Source: Sporopachydermia quercuum
Lineage: Eukaryota
NCBI GenBank assembly: GCA_001599295.1
Contig: BCGN01000008.1
Coordinates: 558,001 to 622,000, forward strand
Reading direction: 5' to 3'
DNA: 64,000 bases
Notes under the pieces: model-generated
Database searches by the model: none
What the model saw: only the letters and a program-made list of their open reading frames with translations
Told to the model about the DNA's origin: nothing
Program-made: the position numbers and the translations under genes
Shown: piece by piece, positions 12,717 through 24,165 of the stretch
How the letters are laid out: each line of letters opens with the position of its first letter
Position numbering within the stretch: position 1 is the first letter of the stretch

Positions 12717-14034
12717 CTACAACTTAGGAGTGTTTGTAAAGGCTTCATAAGCTAGTCGACCAAAAACTGGGAAAGTTGAACCAACTTTAGCTGCTTGTTC
12801 GCTTGATGCCTGGCCCATTAGATTTCTCGCAGCAATTCCATGAGTAATAACAGCTAATCTGTAATGAGCAAATACTACAGCATAAACCCATGATGATTTA
12901 ACTGACCATGTAGAATCAGGTTTCAATTCATCGTACCATGTTAACAGTTGATCTAACGATGGTAATCCATCAATATTACTTCTATCTCCTAAAGGTATCA
13001 TAGCAGATGAGGCTTGCAATCCACTATCTTTGGAGATAGAAAATGGTTGGAGAATATTTGATAAGTCAAATAATGGATTACCAATAGTACATAGCTCCCA
13101 ATCAAGAATTGCAATTACTTTTGGTTCAGTAGGGTGAAATATGAGATTATCTATTTTATAATCACCATGAACAATCGCTGAAACATTAACTGGTAAGTTT
13201 TCCTGTGACGATAACCATTTGGATGTTTCGTTGAAGTAGGGGATTGGACCTAACTTTTTACCGCTCGATTTGTCCTTTGCTTCAGCTTGCAAAGAATGAA
13301 TTTTTGATAATGATTTTACTTGACGAGGGTAATAAGCAGATGAAGATGATAAATTACCAAACTGCGATTTTGGCAATAATGCAATTATATCATCAGGTTT
13401 AATAGCATGTAATTTTTCTAATGTTTCCATAGCAGAATGCCATATTTCTTTCCTTTCCTTTGGAGAAACGCCAGCAATAATAGGTGAATGAAATATCCTT
13501 CCTTTAACAAACTCCATGATCTAATACAAAAGTGTGAGTAAAAACAAGATCAAGTATAAAAGAAATCAAATACTACTACTTTTAGGAATATTATCATCAG
13601 TGGTGATAGGAATAACCTATACTTACATAAAACGGTGTTCCAATAATTGAACTGTCTTCACATAAAACCACAACTTCTGGAACAGGAATTTTGCCAATTG
13701 AAGATTTAGTTTGCTTCAAATGCTCATTAATCTTGCAAATGCTATTGATCATATGATATTCTCTTTCAATTGCATGTGCCTTTTTTGAGAAAAGTGTTCC
13801 TGGTGGTTTTTTCCTCAATACAAATTTATCACCAGTACTAGAAATCAGTTGATATGACGGATTTGATTGCCCATATTTAAACTGTTTGACTTCTAAACGT
13901 CCTTTCAGTTGCTGTTTGAACTCTTGAGTTATATCATTGGTGCTAGATAGATATTTTGCTAATGATTCAATATCAATAGGATGTCTTACTGGGCCTAAAT
14001 CATCCTCAGTATCTACTACCAACTGTTCTCCCAT
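12717..14034 (-). CDS. APH-family phosphotransferase resembling the kinase domain of ACAD10/ACAD11; exons 14034-13627 and 13520-12717; C-terminal PKL (PTS1-like)
   Basis: QFKYGQSNPSY, VLRKKPPG, HAIERE, HGDYKIDN, ILDWEL motifs. The two track ORFs join as GTPFY|IMEFVKGRIF through intron 13626-13521 (GTAAGT ... TACTCAC ... TAG). Confidence 0.9.
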
Positions 14035-15069
14035 GATTGACTATGCTGCTAACAAGTACACTGCTTCTCTTAGTCCCTTAGTTATAAGTATAAGTAGAAA
14101 CTTCCTATGCTAATTACCTATTGGTTGTGCTATCCCCTCCAGAAATATCCCAAGAAGGTCTTTCCTAGTCTCGATTATAGAATACAATTAAATATTTGAA
14201 CATATATAATCTTATAGTAGGAGTCCTAGCGATATTTATATAGTTATGTCGCGTTTGAAAGAAGAATGCGCTTATGAACTCTAAGGCTGCTTTTGTTACC
14301 CCAGATTTTAGTACTTTAAAGAACTTCCGAGGCACAGAGAAAGACAAGAAGAGGTCTTGTGAAACACCTACTTCTTGGAGGAGAGCATTGAAAATGTCGG
14401 AGAAGATAATGTGAGATAATTTTAAATATATTCCGGAATTTGCATGATAATGCTGACAGAGTAGAATGTGTGGAATGGAATAGCAGAACCAGCGTCAGAA
14501 TAGCTTCGTAACGGGAAGAAAATTACTGAGAAAGATCGACGTAAAATTAGAACGAAGAGATAACCGAAGACGTCAATCCGAAAATTATCATTAATCTTAC
14601 AATTCTGCCCATTGGTAGTATAGCTTCTGGACGTTTACATGATGAAACGGCGATACAATGGTCCTGATTAGATATTTGAGGAATCGAAAGTGTAGATCTT
14701 TATCAATCGAACCAACATGTGCTATTGTTTTACCTTTTCTTCTTTGTATTGCTCAAGAAATCTGCCATCTCAGTTAGTTGAAACATCCTCAGTCCAAAAC
14801 TTCCATATCGAAGGATTCAATTTTATTAAGACATAAAGTTTCATTGTTTGTTAAACTTTAATAAATGGAACCTTCCGACAATTGCTAGTTGACTAGGCGT
14901 TGGCATTACATTTGCTTGCTTATCGTTCCATTCACAAGTAATTTAATCCAATGAAACCATTTTTCTTATCGACCTATTTTTCAATTAACTGAACCTTCAT
15001 TTTTGCAATTTGTAAACTGTTCTATAAACTGCAATTTTCTTTTATATTTATTCTATCCTTCATTTCTGT

Positions 15070-15110
15070 TGACCCCACCTTTTTTGAGTGTATTATAAAA
15101 AGTGGGGTCA
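15070..15110. promoter_or_regulatory. Inverted pair of Mig1/CreA-type sites
   Basis: TGACCCCAC ... GTGGGGTCA perfect 9-bp inverted repeat, each GTGGGG preceded by an A tract on its own strand. Confidence 0.55.
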
Positions 15111-15888
15111 CGACTCTGAGTGACGAGGAGCTTCTCATTAGTTAAGGACAATTCATAGCAAAACTTAAACACACTTAATAGTGAATTGTGAGGACATTTT
15201 CACCTTCTTTGATAAATCCAATTCTCCAATATATCCATTATCAGATTATTCTTACACTCAGATCTCTATCCAGTCAATTTGTCACGCACGTGTTACTATC
15301 TGTTGAAGGAGACATCGATAGATTTACATTTTTTTTTGATAAACTTTAATTCCCATTTGCCCAAAAAANTCCACATTCAAATCTCTCACTTGCCTCATCG
15401 CGTCACTGTAATAACATGTACTACGTAATTAATATTTTTTTCCCATCATTTCCTTCTTAGTTTAAGATGTTTTCTCCAGACTACCTGTAACTTTTCATTA
15501 TTATTCATGATAATAGTTTGCAAGCTGGTAAAAAAATATTTTTCTTTATTTTTATCTGAATAGCGATTCTAGAATAAGGACAGGTTATCATGATATATCA
15601 AATACAGATAGATAGTTAGAAAGATATATGGATAGATGTTTTGATAACTGTCTCGATACAGTGCTTGTACTTGGTGGTAACGAAAGTATCTCCAAAAGGC
15701 TATATAGATCTCGAAATATTTGATACAGCAAAAAAAAAAAATTTCTCAATAGATGAACCACAACCATAATGATGATTAGTATAATAAAAATCAATAGATA
15801 AAAGAAATATTGATTAGTTCATTATAATATGACGGAGTTGTTGCACATGCTTTCCTTGATATGAGAATAGAATAATAGAATCTTCAAA

Positions 15889-17589
15889 ATGAAGTTTGCG
15901 AAGACATTTAAAAAGACTCTAGAAGAGGAGAATATTCCCGAAGAATGGAAAGCTTCAGCTATACAGTATAAAGCCTTGAAAAAGTGTATAAATAATGTTG
16001 TGCAAGAGCTTGAGGAAATTGGTTTGGAAAGAGAGGTAGTCAAACATATGGTTGAAGGTGAATGCATCGGTGATGGTAACGAACATTTGATAACTCAAAG
16101 TGGAAGCAAAGAAACATGGCATGATACTGAAGGAAGATTGATTGCTAGATATAATTTCGAAGAAAATATTGACCAGTTCAGTCCTAAACTAGTGATAACT
16201 TATTACACCAGTGATCATGTCAGACGTTCGAGCATTGATGAAAAAATACATGAAGAGGATACTGTTGAATCTGTAAATGAGACAGTTGTTATCCTTTCTG
16301 AAAACACGGAGACGGGAAATAATGAGAATAGAGCAGCTAGTAATAATCAGGAAGCACCATCAAATAGAGCAGCAAAGGCAATATCTTCCAATTCAAGTAT
16401 CAAATCATTCAAATCATATTCAGAATCTGGAAAAGATACTGATTCAGTGAATGACATAACGATGAAGTTAGTGGAGACAAGTCTTGCAAAGAACAATAGA
16501 GGCGAAGATGAGGTGAATATTGCTTCAAAGACTATAAGTCCTTCAGTGATTTCGAAGCTTGTACCCTCACCAAGTAGTGTCTCCATTGACCCTTTTGAAA
16601 CAGATTTGACTGAAACAGATATTCTTGCCACAAGATTCATGAACAATACTAATGTTACCAGAATCAGTAAACTTGAGTCTGGGATTTATGAAGTAGAGAT
16701 TCATCTCAAATCCGATGAACTATTCTTTGATATGCTATCACAGGAACTAAATACTTTAGAGCAATTGAACAAGACCGAACAGCATAACATTATGGAGAAA
16801 ATTGAAGTGGTCAGCTCAAATATGGGGGAGAGTTCTAATCCTATTAGAAGGAAATCTGATTTATATACATGGAGAGAAATATTCCGCTTGTACATGGAAT
16901 GTGAAGTATTTTTCGAGTTTAATAACAGCAAAGAAAGACGGTATGAAAGATCAGCATCCGATTGTGAACAACAGCTAGAAAGGTTCCAACATCAAGTCAA
17001 CGAGTTCAAAATGTTGCAGAAGTTCAAACACAAGTCTTCTGAAAGGTGTTTCAATGAGTTTATTATACTGAATGAAGTGATGATCAGAATTTTGAAATTT
17101 CAGGCGATCAATGAAGTTGCAATGGGGAAAATTCTCAAGAAGTTTGACAAGCAGACCTCATTACACGCGAAGACATCGTTGACGACATTATTAGAAAGAG
17201 CAAATCATCCATTTGTTACTAAATCATTTATTAGTAATCTCTATTCTGTAATGGGGGAAAGAATATTGACAGTTATACCTCAGATTGATGATTATCTGTG
17301 CCCCATTTGCTATAATATCGCATTCAAACCAATTCGGTTGACATGTGGACACGTTTTTTGTATCAGATGTTTGATAAAACTACAAAGAATGAATAAAAAT
17401 CCATGTCCAATGTGTAGGACACCTGATGTTTTGGATGCAGATGAAAGTAATTTGGATTTAGAAAGAATGAAATTTGTTGAGGTTTATTTTCCAAAGGAGG
17501 TAAAGCGAAAACAGCAGGAGAATATCGAAGAAGTGAATAAAGAGGAATATGAGAAGTTCAAACGGCAAATGGGATGTATAGTAATGTAA
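15889..17589 (+). CDS. SPX-domain C3HC4 RING E3 ubiquitin ligase (S. pombe Pqr1/Spx1 and plant NLA architecture)
   Basis: N-terminal MKFAKTF...YKALKK and KILKKFDK SPX basic clusters; RING CPIC-CGH-C-C-CPMC; ends in CIVM. Confidence 0.9.
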   Translation: MKFAKTFKKTLEEENIPEEWKASAIQYKALKKCINNVVQELEEIGLEREVVKHMVEGECIGDGNEHLITQSGSKETWHDTEGRLIARYNFEENIDQFSPKLVITYYTSDHVRRSSIDEKIHEEDTVESVNETVVILSENTETGNNENRAASNNQEAPSNRAAKAISSNSSIKSFKSYSESGKDTDSVNDITMKLVETSLAKNNRGEDEVNIASKTISPSVISKLVPSPSSVSIDPFETDLTETDILATRFMNNTNVTRISKLESGIYEVEIHLKSDELFFDMLSQELNTLEQLNKTEQHNIMEKIEVVSSNMGESSNPIRRKSDLYTWREIFRLYMECEVFFEFNNSKERRYERSASDCEQQLERFQHQVNEFKMLQKFKHKSSERCFNEFIILNEVMIRILKFQAINEVAMGKILKKFDKQTSLHAKTSLTTLLERANHPFVTKSFISNLYSVMGERILTVIPQIDDYLCPICYNIAFKPIRLTCGHVFCIRCLIKLQRMNKNPCPMCRTPDVLDADESNLDLERMKFVEVYFPKEVKRKQQENIEEVNKEEYEKFKRQMGCIVM

Positions 17590-19215
17590 TGGGTAGAGTG
17601 GTAGAAGATTACACTTATACTAATAATAATTATTTAATAGAAAAAATTGAGGATCAATGGATTTTTGCTGTGGGTATATGACATAATATGCTCTGGTGCG
17701 TAGAATAGAGGGTCGAACTAAGCTTCGGATGTCTAATGAATGAGTTATATTTGATTTTTAATTTCAGTTCAGGATGAAAATTTGATTAACTGTTTCGTCA
17801 ACAGNTCGCTGTCTTGAATGACAAGTTCAGCATAATTACTTAGCTGGGTAGTTGGTAAGAAGATCATTTTCGATAGTTGGGGGCCAACCATATAGCTGTA
17901 AGTGATCCCTGTTCAGCTATTAAGCTGCATTTAATAGGCGAAGGTAGATGACCTGTATTTTATTTTTATAACATTTAATTTGTACAACAAATTAGCTACG
18001 ATTGTTCTATTCTATTGAATATGTTGTATTTTCTTCCAGGCTCAATAGAAGCTGAATTAAGTTCATCTTTGTATGCATCTAGTCTGCATCTTAATGTAAT
18101 ACTTCAACTTTATTATTATTCCTCAGTAAATTGTTCAAAAATTAATGAAACTCTCTTCTGTGTAAACTAAGCCAAACTAAAACAGTAGCATTTATGTAGA
18201 TAAAGTAGGTATTTACTGTTNCTGGAGATAAGAAAATCCATCAATTATTTTGTTTTCATAAAATTAACTCCAAGCAGTGAATCCATAGAAAAGCGATTGA
18301 TTCAAATTGAGTTCTCTCGAACTTCACGCTTGAACCAATACCGATAAATAGNCATTTTATACTCCAGAAGGATTCCAACAAACGACTCATTGCAAATTTC
18401 AATCAAAAATAACCCAAACCCATTTGTAGTTCTTCCGATGAATAATTATTCGTGGATTGGTTTTAGTTTTATTAGGGTTAAAGAGAACTGAGCATTTTAG
18501 GAAACTATTCTCAATTGGACTAGAATTATACTGAACTACCTATTTCACTCTCGCTCTCTTTCCCAGAAACCTCGGCACCCATAACAATAGGCAGTAGGCA
18601 ACTATTCTTGTTGTTATCCTCAAAATATAACTACTAGCAAAATCAGTACTCTAAATGTGAATAAGATCAATTGGTTTTATAAATATACTTGTATTTATTA
18701 TAATACCTATATTAATTCTCTGCTTAATTTTATCTCGGTCATTCTATCTTTACTCTCACTTTTTAACGGTAATAGCCTGCAGAGACACTGCATATAGCCG
18801 CCGTTTTAGCTTCTATCAAATCCTGATATGGAAATCCCGACCAACATCTAAACTCCAAAATCCTACCGTCTTTTCCTACCTACAAGCTGAAATATTTCCA
18901 CCAGTTAAGCACTTTTAGGGTTATTTATCGCAAGCTGATCTGTTATTGAGTAGAAACAGGTAGGATAAATTATAATAAAGATATCTTCCTCATAGTTGGA
19001 ATATTATTCTCTCAGTCTTATTCTTTATAGTTAGTCATACGCATTATAGACAAAGCTCTTTTATTGGCAAGAGTAATCTTTATCACTGTACACATTGTTG
19101 AGGTTTCGTTATACATAGCATTTTTTGAGTCCTTTACAATTGATAAGACTTAATAGATTTCGATTTCCATTCAAAAACAGACATCTTTTCACTTAGAAAA
19201 TATAAATCAACCATA

Positions 19216-20469
19216 ATGTTGGGATTAAAGAGATTGACGACTGCTACAAGCAGTTTAAGAAGCTTTTCTACTACTGCCAGTAGGAATTTTGTAAAGTATG
19301 ATTGGCAAGATCCATTGAATGTAAAGTCACTTCTGACTGAAGAAGAAGTAGCTATCTGGGAAACTGCTAGGGATTATTGCCAGAATGAATTACAACCAAG
19401 AGTCACTGAAGGCTACAGAACAGAGGAGCTAGACTTAAATTTGTTCAAGGAAATGGGAGAACTTGGTTTACTAGGGGCCTCGTTAGATGGATATGGCTGT
19501 GCTGGTGTTTCTGAAGTTGCATATGGATTAATTGCCAGAGAAGTGGAAAGAGTTGATTCAGGTTACAGATCAACAACCTCTGTGATGTCATCGTTAGTTA
19601 TGCTTCCAATTCATAAGTTTGGTACTGAAGAGCAAAAACAAAGATTTCTCCCGAGATTAGCTAAAGGTGAATTATTGGGTTGTTTTGGATTGACTGAGCC
19701 AAATCATGGATCGGATCCTGCTAGTATGGAAACAACGGCTAGAGCCCACCCTACAAAAAAAGGAGTTTATCTTTTGAATGGTGCTAAAAACTGGATCACG
19801 AACTCCCCATTTGCTGATGTTCTAATTGTATGGGCTAAACTCAATGGTGAAATCCGCGGATTTATTGTAGAAAGAGAAAGGGCAGGTCCTGGTTTGGCTA
19901 CCCCAAAAATNGAACATAAAATTGCTCTTAGAGCTTCACCAACTGGTATGATTCAAATGGATGATGTTGAGGTACCTGAGGAGAATTTATTACCTAATAT
20001 TAAAGGATTGAAGGGCCCTTTCACCTGTTTGAATAGCGCAAGATACGGTATTGCTTGGGGCGCAATGGGTGCTTTAGAAGGCGCCATTGATGTCACCCGT
20101 CAGTATTCGTTAGAGAGAACTCAATTTGGACNTCCGTTAGCAAAATATCAATTAGTGCAAAAGAAAATCGCTGATGCTGCTACTGATTGTGCATATGGTT
20201 TACTAGCTGCTTTACAAGTAGGTAGACTTAAAGAAAAAGATGAGTATAACCCAGAAATGATTAGTATGATTAAAAGACAGAATTGCGACAGNGCCCTATA
20301 TAACACAAGAAAACTCATGGAAGTATTTGGTGGTAATGCGACTAGTGATGAATATCAAATTGGCAGAATTGCCAATAACTTGTTCGTTGTTCAAACCTAT
20401 GAAGGTCAAAGTGATATTCATGCTCTCATTCTTGGAAGAGCTACTACAGGCGAAAATGCTTTCTTTTAA
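19216..20469 (+). CDS. Mitochondrial glutaryl-CoA dehydrogenase (acyl-CoA dehydrogenase family)
   Basis: GCDH-type motifs [64 protein letters not shown]; basic Ser/Thr-rich presequence. Confidence 0.92.
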   Translation: MLGLKRLTTATSSLRSFSTTASRNFVKYDWQDPLNVKSLLTEEEVAIWETARDYCQNELQPRVTEGYRTEELDLNLFKEMGELGLLGASLDGYGCAGVSEVAYGLIAREVERVDSGYRSTTSVMSSLVMLPIHKFGTEEQKQRFLPRLAKGELLGCFGLTEPNHGSDPASMETTARAHPTKKGVYLLNGAKNWITNSPFADVLIVWAKLNGEIRGFIVERERAGPGLATPKXEHKIALRASPTGMIQMDDVEVPEENLLPNIKGLKGPFTCLNSARYGIAWGAMGALEGAIDVTRQYSLERTQFGXPLAKYQLVQKKIADAATDCAYGLLAALQVGRLKEKDEYNPEMISMIKRQNCDXALYNTRKLMEVFGGNATSDEYQIGRIANNLFVVQTYEGQSDIHALILGRATTGENAFF

Positions 20470-21102
20470 GAAAACTATGATAAATTTCAGTAATGAATGT
20501 TACAGTAATACTTAAAACAAAGCATCAGTCAAAAACATCACTATTGATTCTAATTGGTAAATAATAAATTCCGAAAGAACTATATTATAAAAGATACGGT
20601 ACAATACTAAAAATAACCATCTGAACACCGAACTCCATGAACCTAAATTTTGAAAGCTTTTATTATTTTACCAAAAATTCTCCCCATTTTCATCATAAAT
20701 ACATGATTTGTAGCTACCAGGTGACTTTTATCTGTTCCATTTTTCATTTTCTTACTTTTCCGATTCTCTTCTCCGCTTTTTCAATCTTTTCTTACAGGTG
20801 ATGAATAATGTGGGGTAAAACTTTCGGAAATTATAGAACTTTTGAGTTTTGTATCATCTCCGCTTTTGCTTTATTTTACTTCTGATAACGTGACAAAATT
20901 AATTTCTACTAAAGTAACACTTCATCACAATAAACCGATTGATACTACTAAATTAAACCGAAACACAGCATCATTTCTAATGCTTGTTTCAGCTGCTTTT
21001 AACACATATTATCATAGATAATGGTTAATACTACAATACCTGGTTTGATTAATATTTTACTTGGCTGTTTGCGAAGTTATCCCATACGCGGTCTTCAGCA
21101 TA

Positions 21103-23622
21103 ATGACTCAACATAAACCATATTCAGATACCATAGGCTTGGAAGCCTCAGACCCATTGCGATGGAGAATTAGAACAGATCTGAAAGGCAGACAATACTG
21201 GGAATTCATTGAAGAGGATGAAAAGGAAAAAGACGCTCAAACTTCTTTTGTAAAGTATCATTTGAAAACACCAGATTGGAATCCACCGGAACTTTTCAGC
21301 AATGAAAAGAAGGATCTTGGACAGAGAAGAGCATTAGACGCAGTTAAAGCTGGGGCCACGTTTATGACATATTTGCAAGATGAATATTCAGGGAGTTTTC
21401 CTGTACAATACGTTGGACCAATGTTCATGACCATTGGTATGGTAGCAGCAAAATATGTAGCAAAAGTACCTATAAAGGCCGAGGAGAAACTAGAAATGAT
21501 TAGATACATTGTTAATACTGCTAATCCTGTTGATGGTGGATGGGGACTCCACAGTTTAGACAAATCTACATGTTTTGGTACTTCAGTCAATTATATTATT
21601 CTAAGACTCTTAGGATTAACTGCTGATCATCCAGTTTGTGTGAAAGCTCGTCAAACGCTTCATAGTCTAGGAGGAGCAATAACCTGCCCTCATTGGGGTA
21701 AAATTTGGCTCTCAGTATTAAGTTTATATGAATGGGAAGGAGTCAATCCTTGTCCTCCTGAATTATGGAGTCTTCCATATGCTCTACCAATTCATCCTGG
21801 CCGTTGGTGGGTCCATACTAGAGCAATCTATTTACCAGTTGGGTACCTAGCATCCAATAAGTTCCAATGTGAATTAGACCCTTTATTGCTAGAGCTTAGA
21901 GGTGAAATATACACTAGACCTTATGACTCAATTGACTTCAGCAAACATAGAGACAATGTATGCGGTGTGGATTTATATTATCCTCATTCCACAGTATTAA
22001 ACATAACCAATAGTGCACTAGTTGCATACGAGAAGTATTTGCGTCCTCAATGGTTAGTTAGGAAAGCTAATCAAAAGGTCTATTCATTGATCAAGAAGAA
22101 TCTTGCAAACACTGACTATCTAAGTATTGCACCTGTTAGTATGGCTTTTGAAGCAATTGTTACATACCTTGAGGAAGGAAGGGATTCACCACAGTTTGCT
22201 AGGTTTGTTGATAGATGGCGTGATTTTCTATTCCATGGACCAGAAGGAATGGCAGTAATGGGAACAAATGGTGTTCAGGTTTGGGATGCTGCCTTTATGA
22301 TTCAGTATTTATTCACGGCAGGTGTTGCTGAACTTGATGAGTATCACGAGATGATTCTAAGAGCTTATAGGCTTTTGATTCGTTCACAGTTTGACACTGA
22401 TTGCGAAGAAGGTAGTTATAGAGATAGAAGAAATGGCGGATGGCCATTCTCTACTAAAGACCAAGGATTTATTGTAAGTGACTGTTCAGCTGAAGCAATG
22501 AAGGCTATTATAATGGTTCAAAACAGTGCAAAATTCTGTCAGTATAAAGATGAAATATCTGTTCAACGGTTGTATGATGCAGCTGATGTTTTATTATCTC
22601 TTCAAAATTTAGGCTCAGCACATTTTGGTTCTTTTTCAACGTATGAAAAAGCTAAAGCTTCTGAAATGCTAGAACTAATTAATCCTGCCGAAGTGTTTGC
22701 TAATATTATGGTAGAATATCCATACGTCGAATGTACAGATTCTACTGTACTGGGACTTACCTATTTTCATAAGTATCATCCTGAATATAATTCGAAAGCA
22801 ATTGAACTATCGATATCTAGAGCGACAGAATTTATTAAAAGTGAACAAGGTGTTGATGGCAGTTGGTATGGCTGTTGGGGCGTTTGCTATACATATGCAT
22901 CAATGTTTGCTATAGAAGCACTTCATTCTATTGGGTTGTGTTATGAAACTTCCACTGAAGTTGAGAAAGGATGNGATTTTTTAGTTAGACACCAAATGAA
23001 AGATGGTGGTTGGGGTGAATCAATGAAGGTAAGTAATTTGTATTTGTACTGTTGTTTGTTACGTGTGGAAACAGAAGAGAAATAGGAAGAAAAAAACTAC
23101 TAACGCTTAATTAAGAGCTGTGAATTGCATACTTATGTTCCCACAAAGAATAGTTTGGTTGTTCAAACAGCTTGGGCATTAATTGCTCTGATTCTAGGCA
23201 AATATCCCAATAGAAGTGTTATTGAAAATGGTGTTAGGGTAAGCTATATATATTGAATATTGTGGCTATTATTTAGGTTTTCTATGATTTGCGGTTTGAA
23301 TTGTGATAACTAATATATTTTTCAGTTTTTGATGAACAAACAATTGCCAACGGGAGAATGGGAGTTTGATGGTGTTGAAGGTGTATTCAATCATTCATGG
23401 TATGCTATAGTTAAGATGCTTCTGCTTGTTGATAGAGAATAGTTTTTTGTTGCAGATAACTTCTGTCGACTTGTGTTTCAAATTTTGATTTGATGAAAAT
23501 GTTGTAGACTAACAGCTAGTAGTGCTATTGAATACCCAATGTATAAGTTTTACTTCCCGATAAAGGCGTTGGGTTTGTATGAACGATCATTGNGTGATGA
23601 AACCAATGAAGCATATTTATGA
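21103..23622 (+). CDS. ERG7: Lanosterol synthase; exons 21103-23028, 23116-23238, 23326-23399, 23523-23622
   Basis: DGGWGLH, MGTNGVQ, VSDCSAEA, DGSWYGCWG and QW repeats. Three 3' introns (GTAAGT, GTAAGC, GTATGC donors) restore the C-terminus SCELHTY...VQTAWAL...EGVFNHSCAIEYPMYKFYFPIKALG, stop at 23620-23622. The track ORF reads into intron 1. Confidence 0.95.
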
Positions 23623-24165
23623 AGCAAAAACCATTTGTATACAGTAATAAAGAGAGTGAGTTCAATCAAATTATGTACATCTTTATATAAAGTAGCTGAC
23701 GTATGTGAAAGAATAATAGGTACGAGAAGTAGTTGTCCTGCGTTGTTGATCTCAGTATTTGAATAATATTTGATGAATATTAAATTGGTAATTACGGTTC
23801 AGTTAAGCACCTATTTTGGTAATTTGAGCGAATATCAAGAAACGCCAATCAAAAGTGGAGAATGCTTTTTTTCCAGCAGAATTATAATTGATTTGAGTGT
23901 TATTGCTTTTCTCAAGAATGAACGCAGTAAATCAAAGGAAGAATGTATTTATGATTTAATAAACCCGATCTCACTATCCTTTTACTCATCAGCAAATGCC
24001 TTTTATTGAACGTGTGCATTTGGCTTGTTCGACTCCTAATGTCTTACCTCTATGATCTAGAATAAATTAATAGTTTTTCATTTACAATAGCTAAGCCAAA
24101 ACGATAATATAAAACATTGTGTATTTCTGGTATTTTTGATCGCAAATATTTTCTAACTACATTAT

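Noticed and set aside
24027..24036. B-box-like GTTCGACTCC suggesting a tRNA
   Set aside because: Flanks do not form a T-arm stem and there is no cloverleaf.
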